DNA from: Psammoneis japonica
Lineage: Eukaryota
Assembly: GCA_008632985.1 (NCBI GenBank)
Contig: QPGO01000012.1
Location: 434,001-498,000, forward strand
Reading direction: 5' to 3'
DNA: 64,000 nucleotides
The notes below the pieces were generated by a model. The model made no database searches, was not told where the DNA came from, and saw only the letters and a list, made by a program, of their open reading frames with translations. Position numbers and translations under genes: made by a program. Positions within the stretch are counted from its first letter, which is position 1. Each line of letters begins with the position of its first letter. Positions 36,170 through 48,174 of the stretch are shown here, one piece after another.

Positions 36170-37796
36170 CTAGTTTGATTCAAGAACGGAACTGGATTCC
36201 AAATTGTCAAAGTAATACGTCTCCTCGCCAAGACTGCCTGGCTCAAACAAGAGCACAAGCGTGTCTACTTGAGTTTCGGCTGCATCTGGTTGATCCAGCA
36301 AGATAAAGGACAAACGGTGCCAAACTCCGGAACTCGCACTCTCTGGAAGCCTTGCCTGATACCGACTGTGTCTACCAATGGGAAAGTTTCCTGGATTGGC
36401 TCTTGCGCTGTTTTCGAGTTGAAGCATGATGGTTGTTTGTCCAGAAACGAAACGTAAAAGATCCATGGAAAAGATTCTCCTCGGTCCATGCAGATAATCG
36501 CCAAGGTGGGTCATGGGTCGAGTATGGAACATAATGGTGTCATAGAGCACCCCGCTGTTGCGAACATATTCAACCACGTATTGTGATGGTTGGTAGAATC
36601 CACGCTTGGGTTGGGGACGGTTCTGTAAGTTCCTGTAGCTGAAAGCAGTGTAGCTTTTCGAGGCTCGTATCGGCTCCATCGACAAAGGTCAGGTCAACGA
36701 CCGAGGACCTCACGGTTATGCCAATGGAGAATTCCTTGCTAATACCGCACGCTTCGCTATGAGCTGTCACTTGTATCCTTGCGGAAGGCTCGTCACCAAA
36801 GTCAACAAGGATGGAATTACCGGTAATTTTCACAAGTTTGATCGTGTCGGACACGTCCCAGTCAAACGAACTCCATATTGTTGATCCTAGGACAGAATAC
36901 TCCACACGAGTTTCATTCCGCTGTACAATCCTTGGTCCAACCAAGCGCCCAAAGCTCGCAGTGTCACTATAAGCACGAACATGATCGACCTCCATAACTT
37001 GCGGGAATGTTGTGGTATCATCAGGATATCCAGGCCAGTCACCACCAATCGCGACGTTTAGGATGAAATGAAAGGCTTCCTCAAACGGCCATGTTGAAAC
37101 ACTGGTGCTCTCTACGGTAAAATACTCGGATCCATCCACAAACCATCGTATTATCCCCTCACTCTTTTCAATGGCAAACTCGTGAAAGTCAAGAGACAAC
37201 TTCACGCCATCATGGTTGACCGATTGCGTTTGATACTGGTGCCCACCATTAGAATCAGCATAGTGAACCGTCCCATGAATCGTAGACACTTCATGGCCAA
37301 TGTTTTCCATAATATCAATCTCGCCGCTTTTCGGCCAAATGCCATAAACACTGTCGGTTGGCATCATCCAAAAGGCGGGCCAAATACCTTGGCCGAACGG
37401 CAGTTTGATGCGTGCTTCAAAGCGACCGTGCTCAAACTGTGATGCAACTCCAATACTACGAATGCGACTCGATGTGTAATTTCCATTCTTGTTATCGAGT
37501 GCGAGAATTTTCAGAGTCCCATTCGAGACAATTGTGTTTTGTTTCGTATAATACTGCAACTCGTTGTTTCCCCAACCACACAAGTGCATTTCACAGCCGT
37601 TGCCCAATTGGAATTCCCAGAAACTCGTGTTGAGCTCGGCACCGTCAAATTCGTCGCTCCAAAGCAAGACCGGACATTCCTGTGGCTGCTGAGCCTTGGG
37701 TATGGATGACGGATTTCCAAACCCGAGTAGTAGAACAAGTCCGACAATAAGCAGCAACAGCGCAAACAGAATTGTTCTCCCGATGACACCATTCAT
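36170..37796 (-). CDS. GH16 beta-1,3-glucanase (laminarinase-like) with N-terminal anchor, Ig/PKD-like module and C-terminal CBM-like domain
   Basis: LLWSDEFDG, GWGNNELQYY, GIWPAFWM, catalytic SGEIDIME and FHFILNVAIGGDWPG. The C-terminal domain (ORF 36170..36685) is joined through two apparent 1-nt frameshifts near 36645 and 36590. Confidence 0.9.
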
Positions 37797-38314
37797 CTGG
37801 GCAAAAGCAAAAGAGTTTTGAGTGTTTTGAAAGCGGAAAATCTGACACCGACACAGTGCCGTTTGTACACGATTTCATAGGGCGCGAAGCCTGTAAAAAA
37901 TCGCGCATGTCTTTTGAATTGCACGAACCGCCGAAACACCATGGCGAGCGTCGCGTGCGGACGCAAGTGCTTACTAGAGCCTACTTCAAAATGGGCAAGT
38001 GGATGGATTGAAAGTTTTGGAAAGAAAACGCGGTCTCAAGTTTTCGGTCGCGCTTCTGATGCCAAAATCGCACCATATGTTGTCAGAGGCTGGACTTTTG
38101 ACCCCCAGTACAGTCCTTCCTCTGCATAGAGACACGTTTGAATGGCTTCGTGATCTTGTGAGACATCCTGGTACGGTAAAAGGAATCCCATAGTCTGATG
38201 CTAGGAGGCGAGTGTGATTGTGAACCGCATCTCTATCTACTGTTTCTTTGCGCTTCTTCGTTCAACATGTGTAATTTACTATGTATCCTAAGCTCTTTCT
38301 GGACGTATCTCAAC

Positions 38315-41300
38315 TCACTTGAAGAGTTGTGCGAGACTAAACTCATCCCCAGAGAAGTTGATGCGGGACGGGCAAATGGCATTCAAATCAGCTTCATCCG
38401 TGATACCCATCCACCTAGCGACACTAGGCCAAATCTGTGACCAACTTTTCGTTGGCAAGAACCTTCCGCGGCCTAAATTCAAATCACCATCATCGCTCCA
38501 GTCAACCGGATATTCTCCCAAGATTTGGCCTCCGTTCACATCTCCGCCAAACATGAAATAGTTTCCGCCCCACGCGTGGTCTGATCCACCTCCGCTGTTT
38601 GAAGTAATAGTTCTTGCAAAATCCGACACTTGAACAACAGTTGTGTTACTCCAGACACCTTCAGATTTTAGCTCAGCGACAAAGGCAGTCAAAGCGGCAT
38701 TGAGTTCCTCAAAACCGTCGCTCAAACGCGAAGTCAAGTCGTCGTGATGATCCCAGCCTGAATACTCGATAAAGAACACGTCCATGTCACGAGATCGGTC
38801 ATTGCGGGCCTTGATAAGTCTCGACACCACTTCCAACTGCATTCCAATTGTTGAAGTACCAAAGTTGCCATTGATGGTGGTGGCATCCAAGGCATCCGCA
38901 AGCGCCTCGTTTTGATTGAGGGACCGCAGCATGGATTTGGAAAATGTGTGGGCAAAGACGCCGCTGTCTTTCTTGGTGGCATTATTGAAGTTCGCCACCT
39001 CGCCTAAAAAGTCTTCCTTGCTCATGACGGATTCTCCCACTTCGAAACGAGTGACTCCATTGGTGCCGACAGTAATGGGTGGTTGTGTCTCACCCACCAA
39101 TGCGTCCGAAGGGGCGTCGATCGAAATGGATCCCACCGAATGAGAATCCCGATTGAGCACATCGACCATTCTACCCAAGACTCCCGTCCCGGCACGTGAA
39201 TCGAAAGGATCACTCTCTTGTGTTTCCTTTTGCATTGTGTTGTGCGCAAAGAGCTGTACCGGCGTGTCTACTAGATAGGTGCTCTTGGAAGACGGACGTC
39301 CCAAGACTCCAGTGTTTGCAAAGAAGAGGAGGTCGTCGTTGATAAACATATCTCTCAAGATTGGCAACTTCTTATGGATGCCAAATTCGCTGCAGTCCAC
39401 GAGGGGTTGGGAGCTGCCATCAATCGACAAGAGCTGGTCTTGTGTCAAATGCAAGGGTTCTCTAGCACTCTGATACTGTGAGTAAGCGTTGGAATTGCAT
39501 GTCTTGGGCACAAGCATATTAAAGGAGTCGCAGCCACCTGCCAACATGAGCATGACGACAGCCTTGTAGTTTCCGTCTTGAACTTCGCCTGGAGAAGGTG
39601 GCACAGGCAGAGCATCACCACTAAGCTTGATGGTGTTTGTGGTGTGGAACTCGGGAGTCGTAATCATTAGCTGCTGGGCAAGCCTTAACGCGGCATGCAT
39701 GTCGGTGGTAAGGAGGGCATTGTCATAGGCATTCACAATTGCTTGGCGGCTCTCGAAGTTGAGACGACCAGCGGTAAGGAGGGTGGACAGCTCGTCGATA
39801 ATGCCTTCCGTTCCTGCAGCTGTGGCGGAGCTGGAGGGAACATAAGTGAGAGTTCCAGTCGCGCGGCTGTAGCTGCCATCGTCTACACAAGCCAGATTCG
39901 AGGTTTTTGCGCGGTCAAATCCGAAGCCATAGCCACAAGTCGAAAGGCCAAACTTGATGAGGCCGGAAATTCCATTCAGAAGGTCCACTGTTTTAGGCAT
40001 CTACAAGAGAGAAATTGAAATATAATGAGGAGATAGAATTAGCTGGCCGCCACTGATGACATGAGCGCAGGATCTGCTTTAGTATCCGTGTACTTACATC
40101 CAATAGCTGAGCCTCTGGAGACACCAACTGTGCTTTGGACACTCTACCTTCCGGTGCATATTCTGATCTGAAGAATGAGAAAAGGCAGATGATATGTTTG
40201 AGAAGAAAGGGCGTCACAGCAAGAGAGAGAAGGCAGATTGCACGTACCTGAAAAATGAAAAGACGGTAGGACTCTCGTGCGCCATTTGTCCAATGTTCTC
40301 ATCCAGCTCCTCAAACGTCACCATTGGTGGGGCTCCAGGAAGATCCAAGGGTTGGAAATCCATGCTCCTCATGAAGCTAATCACTCGGATAAGTGGTTCT
40401 CTAAGTGACCCCTGGAATGGATCAACATCGAGCACCACAGAACGCGCCTCTCTATCAAGCACGATTGAAGCCACTGTCGCTGCAAGATCGCCGTACCCGG
40501 TTGTGCCAAAGATCTCTCCGGTATCAGCTGTGTAGGAGCCACTACGAAAGGCAGTCGAGCATTCCTTGACATATCGCGGAGTAGGGTTAGAGATACCGAA
40601 TCGTTGAATGAAACGAATGCACAAAAAGGGGGCAGTATTGTCGTGATACAACAAATGCTCCAGCAACGCATTAACCTCGTAAATGACATCCCGAGCGTTC
40701 GACTCGGACGGGATGAGACTCATGAAGTGAACTGGGTTCCGGAATGAATAAGAATAAGCTCCACCTTGCACGTTCACGGCTGATTTCACATTCCTGAGAA
40801 AGCGCTTCTGACCATATACAGTAACCTCAAAGATGGTGTCGAGGTCGTAGTTGGCTCCTGTTTTGTGAACGGTAATGCCGTTCACTTGGACAGAAGAGCT
40901 ATAAACGTCGCCATCGAATGAGCTTGGGTTAGGCGCACCAACGTGAACTTGTGCAAGAACTGACTGGACGTCCGGCGGATCTGACGTAAATACCGGAGTC
41001 TCCTGCACTGTCGTATCGCACAAGCAGTTGTTTCCAGTGATGGTGGCACATGGACCACAGCCTTCCGACGCTTTAGGGAAAGCATCCCCTTCCCAACCGA
41101 CTTGAAAGAAGTTTGTATTGCTCTCAGCCACATGTGGGACCTTCCTGGCACCGTTTGCCGTTGTCACATCATGCACGATCGCAATCTCTCCACTTGGATT
41201 AACTTTAACTTGAATCCAACAGTTGGTGGAAGCCCAGTGGTAAACGTCGTCATTAATCCACCAATTGGTACCATTGTCCACTCGAGTGTACTCGCAAGAT

Positions 41301-44300
41301 TCCAAATTGGCAGCTAAGCACCTCGCCTTCTGTGTGTCGAACTTCATTCTTTCGATCTCGTAAAGATTATGATTTTCCGCTTCGATCCAGTCGTTATTTG
41401 ATGGTAAGCAGCAAGCTGAGGTTGCAATTGGGAGTAAGGGATTCCCGCATATTGCATCGTTAGTATTGAGTTTCAAGTTAAGCTTCACCGCCCCTTCGTA
41501 AAACCCATGTTCCACGCACGGAGGTTGAATGTACTCGTAAAAGATGTTCTGAGCGACTTCCACGACTCGAACTGTGTCAACATCGCACTCGTCCTCGAAG
41601 CAAACCAGATTATCAACTAAAGTCACTTCGACGGGAAATGTACCGGTACACGATCCACAAAGCCGCGACCGCAGATTCGATGCTTCCTGAAGTACAAATC
41701 TCGCGGTTAATTCTGCACGGTCAGTCATCAGCTCCGGAAGTGGACTTCTCCCAAGAAGCCTGTACTTTGCGCCATTTCTAAGAAACATCCTCTCCGGCAG
41801 GTCGACGCACCGAGGGTATCCATCACCCAAGTATCCTCCATATAAGTTTGATTTCGGGAAGCGATCATGCCATTCCGCATCGATATCCATTGGATCAATT
41901 CGATTGCGAGAGTCAAAGCTTTCGGTGTTCCCGCGATGTTCTTGCCATTTAAACCCTGTCCAGACTCGAGCAATCGATCGGATTTCATCGTTCGTGTACA
42001 CTTGCTGAACGTTGCCGTTGCCATCGAGGTTGGGTGTGCCATCAACATTCAATAGTATCAGCCCAGTCGTAAAGAGCTGCATTATTTCTCTCGCAAAGTT
42101 TTCATCGGCAAATTCGACTCTTTGCGTAGTCTCAAAGACGTAGGCCTGTGACTTTGACTCCAAGTAAGACAGGTTCTCGGCCATCAAAGGTGAGTAGCAT
42201 ATCTCACGCAGCACATCAAAGAAATTACCAAACGCTTGTCTGACAAAGATGTCGTAAAACTGAAGAAAGGTCTCGACATTGCGCTCCTGAACTTTAATGG
42301 ATTCTTTCGCGAGCGCGAATACTTGGCTGAGGGCCCAAGCCATCCGTTGACGGAGCTGATCTTGTGAGTAGAGTGCAACCATTGTCCAGACAATTTCCCT
42401 TTGTCTGTTGATATCTCCTCTGAATGTAGTGTCGCGAAACACTTCAGACTGAAGAACAAAGTGAGCACCCTTTGTCGGATCGTTCTCAACTTCGCCGGGC
42501 GAACCGCAAACCACGACAGCATCGCCTGCTGGGGCTGTCGGGACACCATAGTAATCGACAACTTGGTCGAGTCGGAGCTCGTTCGGCAGGTTCTTGTAGA
42601 ACACAGTGTCGCCGTAGCGGCCAACGCGCTCGAACTTTGTATAGTGAGCGTCCCACCGGCTTTGCGAGTGAGGAAATGTCGGGTGACCACTTGGGTACAC
42701 AAGGATGTGGCTGCCACTGTCGAGCCATTTTTTAATCGGGTGGTCGTGCCCGTCGTCCGCGGCAACTTTATTTCCAGGATGCGTGTCTAGGCGAGTCCAG
42801 TACGTCATATCAAATACGCTCAAGTGCTCAGGGTGAACATGCCTCCAACAGTTGCCGTCCTGGGAGAGCAAAGTATTACCTCATGGTTAGGATACAGGGT
42901 TAGACAAAAACGACAAGAGCAACAGAGATACTCCGTACCACTTGAACATCGATCTCAACGTCGTTGTCGCCTTCAGTACAATCCAAACCTTCTGACGGGA
43001 ATGTTATGTCCCGAATAAACGGGTTTGTATCGGTGGACGCGGACAGGAGCTCGCTTAGAGCCTGATTTGTCAGGGGTGGAGCCGAAGGATCACAGCCCGA
43101 TGATACCTTCTCCCATCTGCTTCGTAAACCCGCTTTACACGGGTGATCGATTTGCTCGTTGAAAGCTGGCTGGCTTGCATTCAACCCATTAATAGCATAC
43201 ACATATCTCCCTGTGAGATTGTGGAGCTGCAAAATGTTGGTGAATCCAAAACGATTGCAATGTCTGGTGTTGTCGTGGTCTCACAAGCAGTCTCTTCCCT
43301 AGAAAGCTTACATCCTTCCGCGTTCAAAAACGTTCGGGGCACATTGGAACAAATGGTCTGTGATGCCGTTTTGAGTTGGGTTTCGCCGCCGCCATCAGGC
43401 ATGGGGTCGTCTACGGTGTTCTTTTCCATAATTAGTCGCGGGTCCCAGATCAAAAGTCCAGCGTCTGGATGCTTCATAAACACTGGAGCGTCGAAATCCT
43501 CGATTTGCTCAGGAATCGATTCGCATTTCGCAGCGTCAAGGCCGCTGTCGAGCAAAAACATATCACCGTCGTCTGGACTCGCTATATCTCGCCAACTGTC
43601 TACGACCGTGAGAGTATCTGAGCTGTTAACGTTGAGTACGTGTGGTCCCATATACGCCTCAAAACCAGAAGGAAAGCTAATTGGAGGATTCGCTGGGTTC
43701 CAAAGAGTAATACCCGGCGGGGGAGCATTTGCATAACGTACGCGTGAGCATAGGCCGTTAGACGCTCCATCGTAAGGTTTTGATTTTAAGAAAACCTGCC
43801 CCCCTACGAATTCATCTGCCCACATACACATTTCGTAGCCATGATCAGGGTCCCAGTCAGGGAATTCTCCGCGCAAGGATCCTGAGGAGAAAGAGAAGAA
43901 AGCGTTAGCAAAATTTTGGTATGTAATCGCCAGAATCGGTATCCTACCGGTACGGTACGCACCACTCTTCCACTCAATGTCATCGACAACAGATCTTGCA
44001 TACCCATCCACGAAGAGGATGTATGGACCCCCCGATTCGGTGGTGTTTTTGATGTAGAGATGACCAGAGACCGGAGCGCCTTCCTTATACCTGTCTTTTC
44101 TCGTGAATGCAAATCTCCGCCAGCGAGAGTTTTGGTCGCACGGATGATCCGACCTACCTACATCTTGTGAATACATCCACTGCAAAATCAACGAGATAAC
44201 AACAACAGATATGAGAAAACATCATTTTGCACTGGTGGAAGCAAAGTGAGCCGGGAAGAAGTTTACATACCCGTGGATTCGCTCTCTCTCTGTAATACTC

Positions 44301-46530
44301 GCGATGACTGGTCATTTGCACCGTGTTCATCTGATCCGAGATCCATGAGGCATAGCTAGCGGAAGTCCAATCGAGATCGCCTTTTGTCGGGCCGAACGTT
44401 GTCATCTCCAAAAACCTTGAAATCTCATTTTTTGCGTCGGCGGTGTACTCGTACGAAGAGAGGACGTAGGACTCATCATTGGTAAGGGGAGGGAGTGGTA
44501 TCGTACATGCACCCGAATTGCAATCAAACACCGGCGTGTCAAATGCATCGGCGGCGAACACCCCTGCCGCACTCTCCCACTCCTTGTTGTCGTAAGAGCG
44601 AGCCACGGGAACGACAACCGTCTCATTAGTAGCTGAATCAGTTGAAACCTTTGTCAGAGTGCACAAGCCGCCGGAAAACACGACGAAGGCTCCTTCTGGG
44701 TCAACATCATCCGCTTCCTGACCGAATTCGGGACATACGTTGTCAGAGGATGGAGTAGTTTCGGTTGGACTCTCCGATGGCGACTGGGAGGGGTAAGAGG
44801 ACGAGTGCCCCACGGTTGGCGATTGGGATTGGGAGGGGTAAGAGCTTGGACTTTCCGATGGCGATTGAGAGGGGTAAGAAGACGGACTCTCCGAAGGCTC
44901 CGCGGTTGGCGATTGGGAGGGATAAGAGGTTGGACTCTCCGATGGCGAAAGTGAGGGGAAAGACGACGGACTCTCCGATGGCGACGGTGTAGCGACGGTT
45001 GGAGAATTGGTGGGGAAAGGGGTAGCCGCAACTGGGGAACTCGTTGGGCTTCTTGTGGAACCAAATCGTTTGATCACGAAATTGTCGAACACAATGTCAA
45101 GATTCGAGCCCACGTCGCGGATCAAAACTTGCACCTTGGCAGGATTTATGACTTTGCTTGGAACTAAGAAAAAGTAAACTCATGTGAGTTGGCATTGATA
45201 AAACAAGACCATTGATTCATATGGCAAACTACGAACCGAACCCACCTGTAAACGTATCCTTCAATTTGTTAAACCTAGTCGGGTCCCATTCTGAAGCGTA
45301 TGCATTTTTGCGGATCCTCTTCTTCCACACAGCGGTACTAAGATTGCCTTCATTATAAATCCATATTTTCACGGACGGGCAAGCCCCTTTGTTTGCATTT
45401 TTCTCCGAGATATCGCAATCAGCAGGGTTATTCGTCCCAGCGTAATAGAGCTTAAAGTCTGCTTCGATTTCCCATTTAGTTCCTGCGGTCAAGCATCGAT
45501 AGTCGAGAAGATGCTTGGAAAACTGTGGACCGTGTTTGAAGCTAGTCCTATCAATGTACCGGAGTGCCCTCGATCCATCCACACCATAATGCTGCAGCGT
45601 GCCCTGGAGATACGGTTCCCAATATCCCACGTGCCCGAGTTCCATGTCATAGTTAGCGGTGAGTTCGCCTTCGCACTGTTCCACTTTCACCGCGATAGAC
45701 ACGTCATCAACGACAATGGTGTTGCTCGAGAGTGTGTTAACGTAGATTTTAAGAACACTGTTCTCGTCTGCGTCCAATGGTGATGCCTCAAACGTTCCAT
45801 ACATGCGACTCCATCCATCGTCCCACTGTAATCCGGCCGCCCATGCAACATCTTTATCGAGCGCTGTTGCTCCCTGTGTTGTTTTCAAAGTCATTATTGG
45901 ACTATCAGCAACACAGAAGAAAAAGGAGGAAACTGTCAATAAAACAAAAGCAAACGCAAAGCAGACAAGAAAAGCGGAGAAGGGATGTGCTCACCATTGT
46001 GTGACGGCGTCCTCCGCACAATCAAACTCGTTGCCTGTGCTGTCTACCAGCTTATACTTGAAATGCACCTGAGAATACCATCAGATATCAAAAGGAATGA
46101 ATTATTGCGAAACAAAAGGCTGCCGAACAAAGAGACGAGACCGTTGGTGCCTTACCTCGTATATCTTTCCAATATCCAAACAACCTGTCCGGATATTTTG
46201 TACCAAACCCCCACCGACATCTTTCACAGCAAAATCACTTGGCCCACCTGTCCCTTGCACTAGCTGAAGATCACCGGAAAACATGTCACCCCAGTGCTCC
46301 TTACCCGAGGCGAAATCTCCGTTGAAAACAAGTTCCGAGCAATCATCGAGCCGTCTCACCGAAGTGCTGTCGCTAGACTGAAACTGAAGCTCTTCTTCTT
46401 GAACTAACGCCTCCATGAGAACCCTATCTGACACTTCAGCCTCCCTGGCCGCTCTCAGGTTCCTCGTTCCTTGCGTTTCTGCACCATTGGCAACAGCAAG
46501 GAGGAGTGCAAGACTGAGTGCCAGCCACAT
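38315..46530 (-). CDS. Very large secreted multi-exon protein: CBM4/9-like modules, Ser/Pro/Thr linker, DUF1800 domain and C-terminal DUF1501 domain
   Basis: Signal peptide MWLALSLALLLAVANG. ELVFNGDF and ELTANYDME start CBM-like modules. DUF1800 motifs: SRFLEMTTFGPT, DQLRQRMAWALSQ, DENFAREIMQLF, LREP. DUF1501 motifs: LAGGCDSFNMLVP, QLFAHN, GWDHH, SDFART, GSDHAWGG. Several short GT-AG introns. Confidence 0.88.
44765..45045 (-). repeat. Coding tandem repeat (~36-nt unit, PSESPSSYPSQS-like mucin-type linker)
   Basis: Recurrent GGACTCTCCGATGGCGA and GAGGGGTAAGA words. Confidence 0.85.
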
Positions 46531-47271
46531 GGCTGAAGTTTACCTGTTTGGTTCCTTAGATAACAACAACACATTCAACCCGAAAAGATCCTTTCGTTTC
46601 TTTCGGGTTGTGTTCTCCTGCGTTTCTTTTGTCCTCTTGTGATGCCGAAGTTGCGTGATGATAAGGTAAATAAATGTTTTGACAAATGTTGGTCTTGCCG
46701 CCGAGAAGGAATCTTATGATCATTTAACACAATTATTGAATGATCATTCTAACGTACGGGGATGATTATTGAACCGTTCAAAGTTTCCCGCCATTTTTGT
46801 GGAGTCGATTTGTCCGTCTCTCGTAGTAATGACCCTGGCAAACAATTAATGCAGTCATCTTCAGATTTATGAATCATCTTATGTACTGTACACTAGGGCC
46901 TACCTCATGTCGAAACACTTTGGGCCCCCTATGTCCAAAATTTTTATCTATGGTATCCATTAGGATTTATGCTACTTAGGGCCCTAGTACGTCCCTATTG
47001 TACCATTCCTCAGAGAATACATGTTCTAAGTATTTCTCTTTATGAACCTCAGTTGCGGTCATATCACTACCATAATTAAACTTGCCAAATACCGGGGGAA
47101 AATTTCAGAATTTTGTCTTGTCGTGTCATGAAAAAATGTCCAATGACTCGTGAAAAGACTGGATCCGACCGCATGAAAAAAGTTCAAGATTCCTGATTCC
47201 GTACTCGTCCGAGCCCTCGCTGCTGCACGTCGCAATGGGCCGTTGCCCGTTGCCCGTTACATACTCTCACC

Positions 47272-48174
47272 ATGATGTTGTCTTGGGTGCTCCGCAATAC
47301 GCGTACCTCTATACCACTGAGGGCATCTACTTCTTCGTGTCGTGTCTCTCTATCAACCATGACACCAGAAAGAGAAAAAATCACTTTTCTGGGTCTCCAC
47401 AATCTCGCAGACAATCCGGGCGCCGTTCAGCAGGTGAGACGAAAGAAAAAACGGCGTGCACCGCAAAGATGATTGTTTGCACTCTGTTTCCGGTTGTAAT
47501 TTCTTTCTTATCATTCTCTAACTTTTACAAATTTCAGAAACGCCGCGTAGGACGAGGCGTCGGCTCTGGAAGAGGAAAGACGAGTCGGCGTGGCCACAAA
47601 GGACAGAAGTCGAGGGCGGGCGGATCGATTCATCCCACATTTGAGGGTGGCCAAACGAAATTCTACAAGCTCTTACCGAAACGGGGATTCAACAACAAAG
47701 TACATGGAAAGCCCATGGTGCCGCTCAATGTTGGAACGCTGCAGGATTACATTGATATGGGACGTCTCGTTGTTCCTGCCGAGAATGAACCGCCCATCGA
47801 TTTGAAAGATTTGGAACGCTGGAATCTTTAAAGTGAGTGCCGTCAAGCACGGTGTCAAGCTATTGGCAAAAGGATCTGAACGCTTAAAGACACCGGTTCG
47901 CATCAATGTCAGTCGGGCATCACACAGTGCTATTGATGCAATTGAAGAGGTGGGAGGTGAGGTGACAACGGTACATTACAACCGATTGGCTCTACGGGCG
48001 CTGTTGAGACCCGACAAATTTGATATCCTTCCCCGGCGGGCACTTCCTCCACCTAAACTCATGACATACTACACCAATTGGAAGAATCGGGGATATCTGA
48101 GTCCCCAAGCACAAATGAGAAAACTGCTCAAGGAACGACCGGAACTCGGAGAAAAGGTAACCGTACAAGAATAG
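47272..48174 (+). CDS. MRPL15: Mitochondrial ribosomal protein uL15m, 2 exons, apparent frameshift at ~47820
   Basis: [10 protein letters not shown] | [44 protein letters not shown] and [11 protein letters not shown]. Intron 47434-47537. Arg/Ser-rich presequence. Confidence 0.93.

Noticed and set aside
47810..47835. Programmed frameshift or pseudogenisation of uL15m (likewise the indels near 20890, 35270 and 36590-36645)
   Set aside because: Small indels, several at short homopolymer or dinucleotide runs, in otherwise intact genes are more simply explained as consensus errors. They need read-level checking. They also mean the assembly is imperfect, so the TA signal should be confirmed with independent reads.
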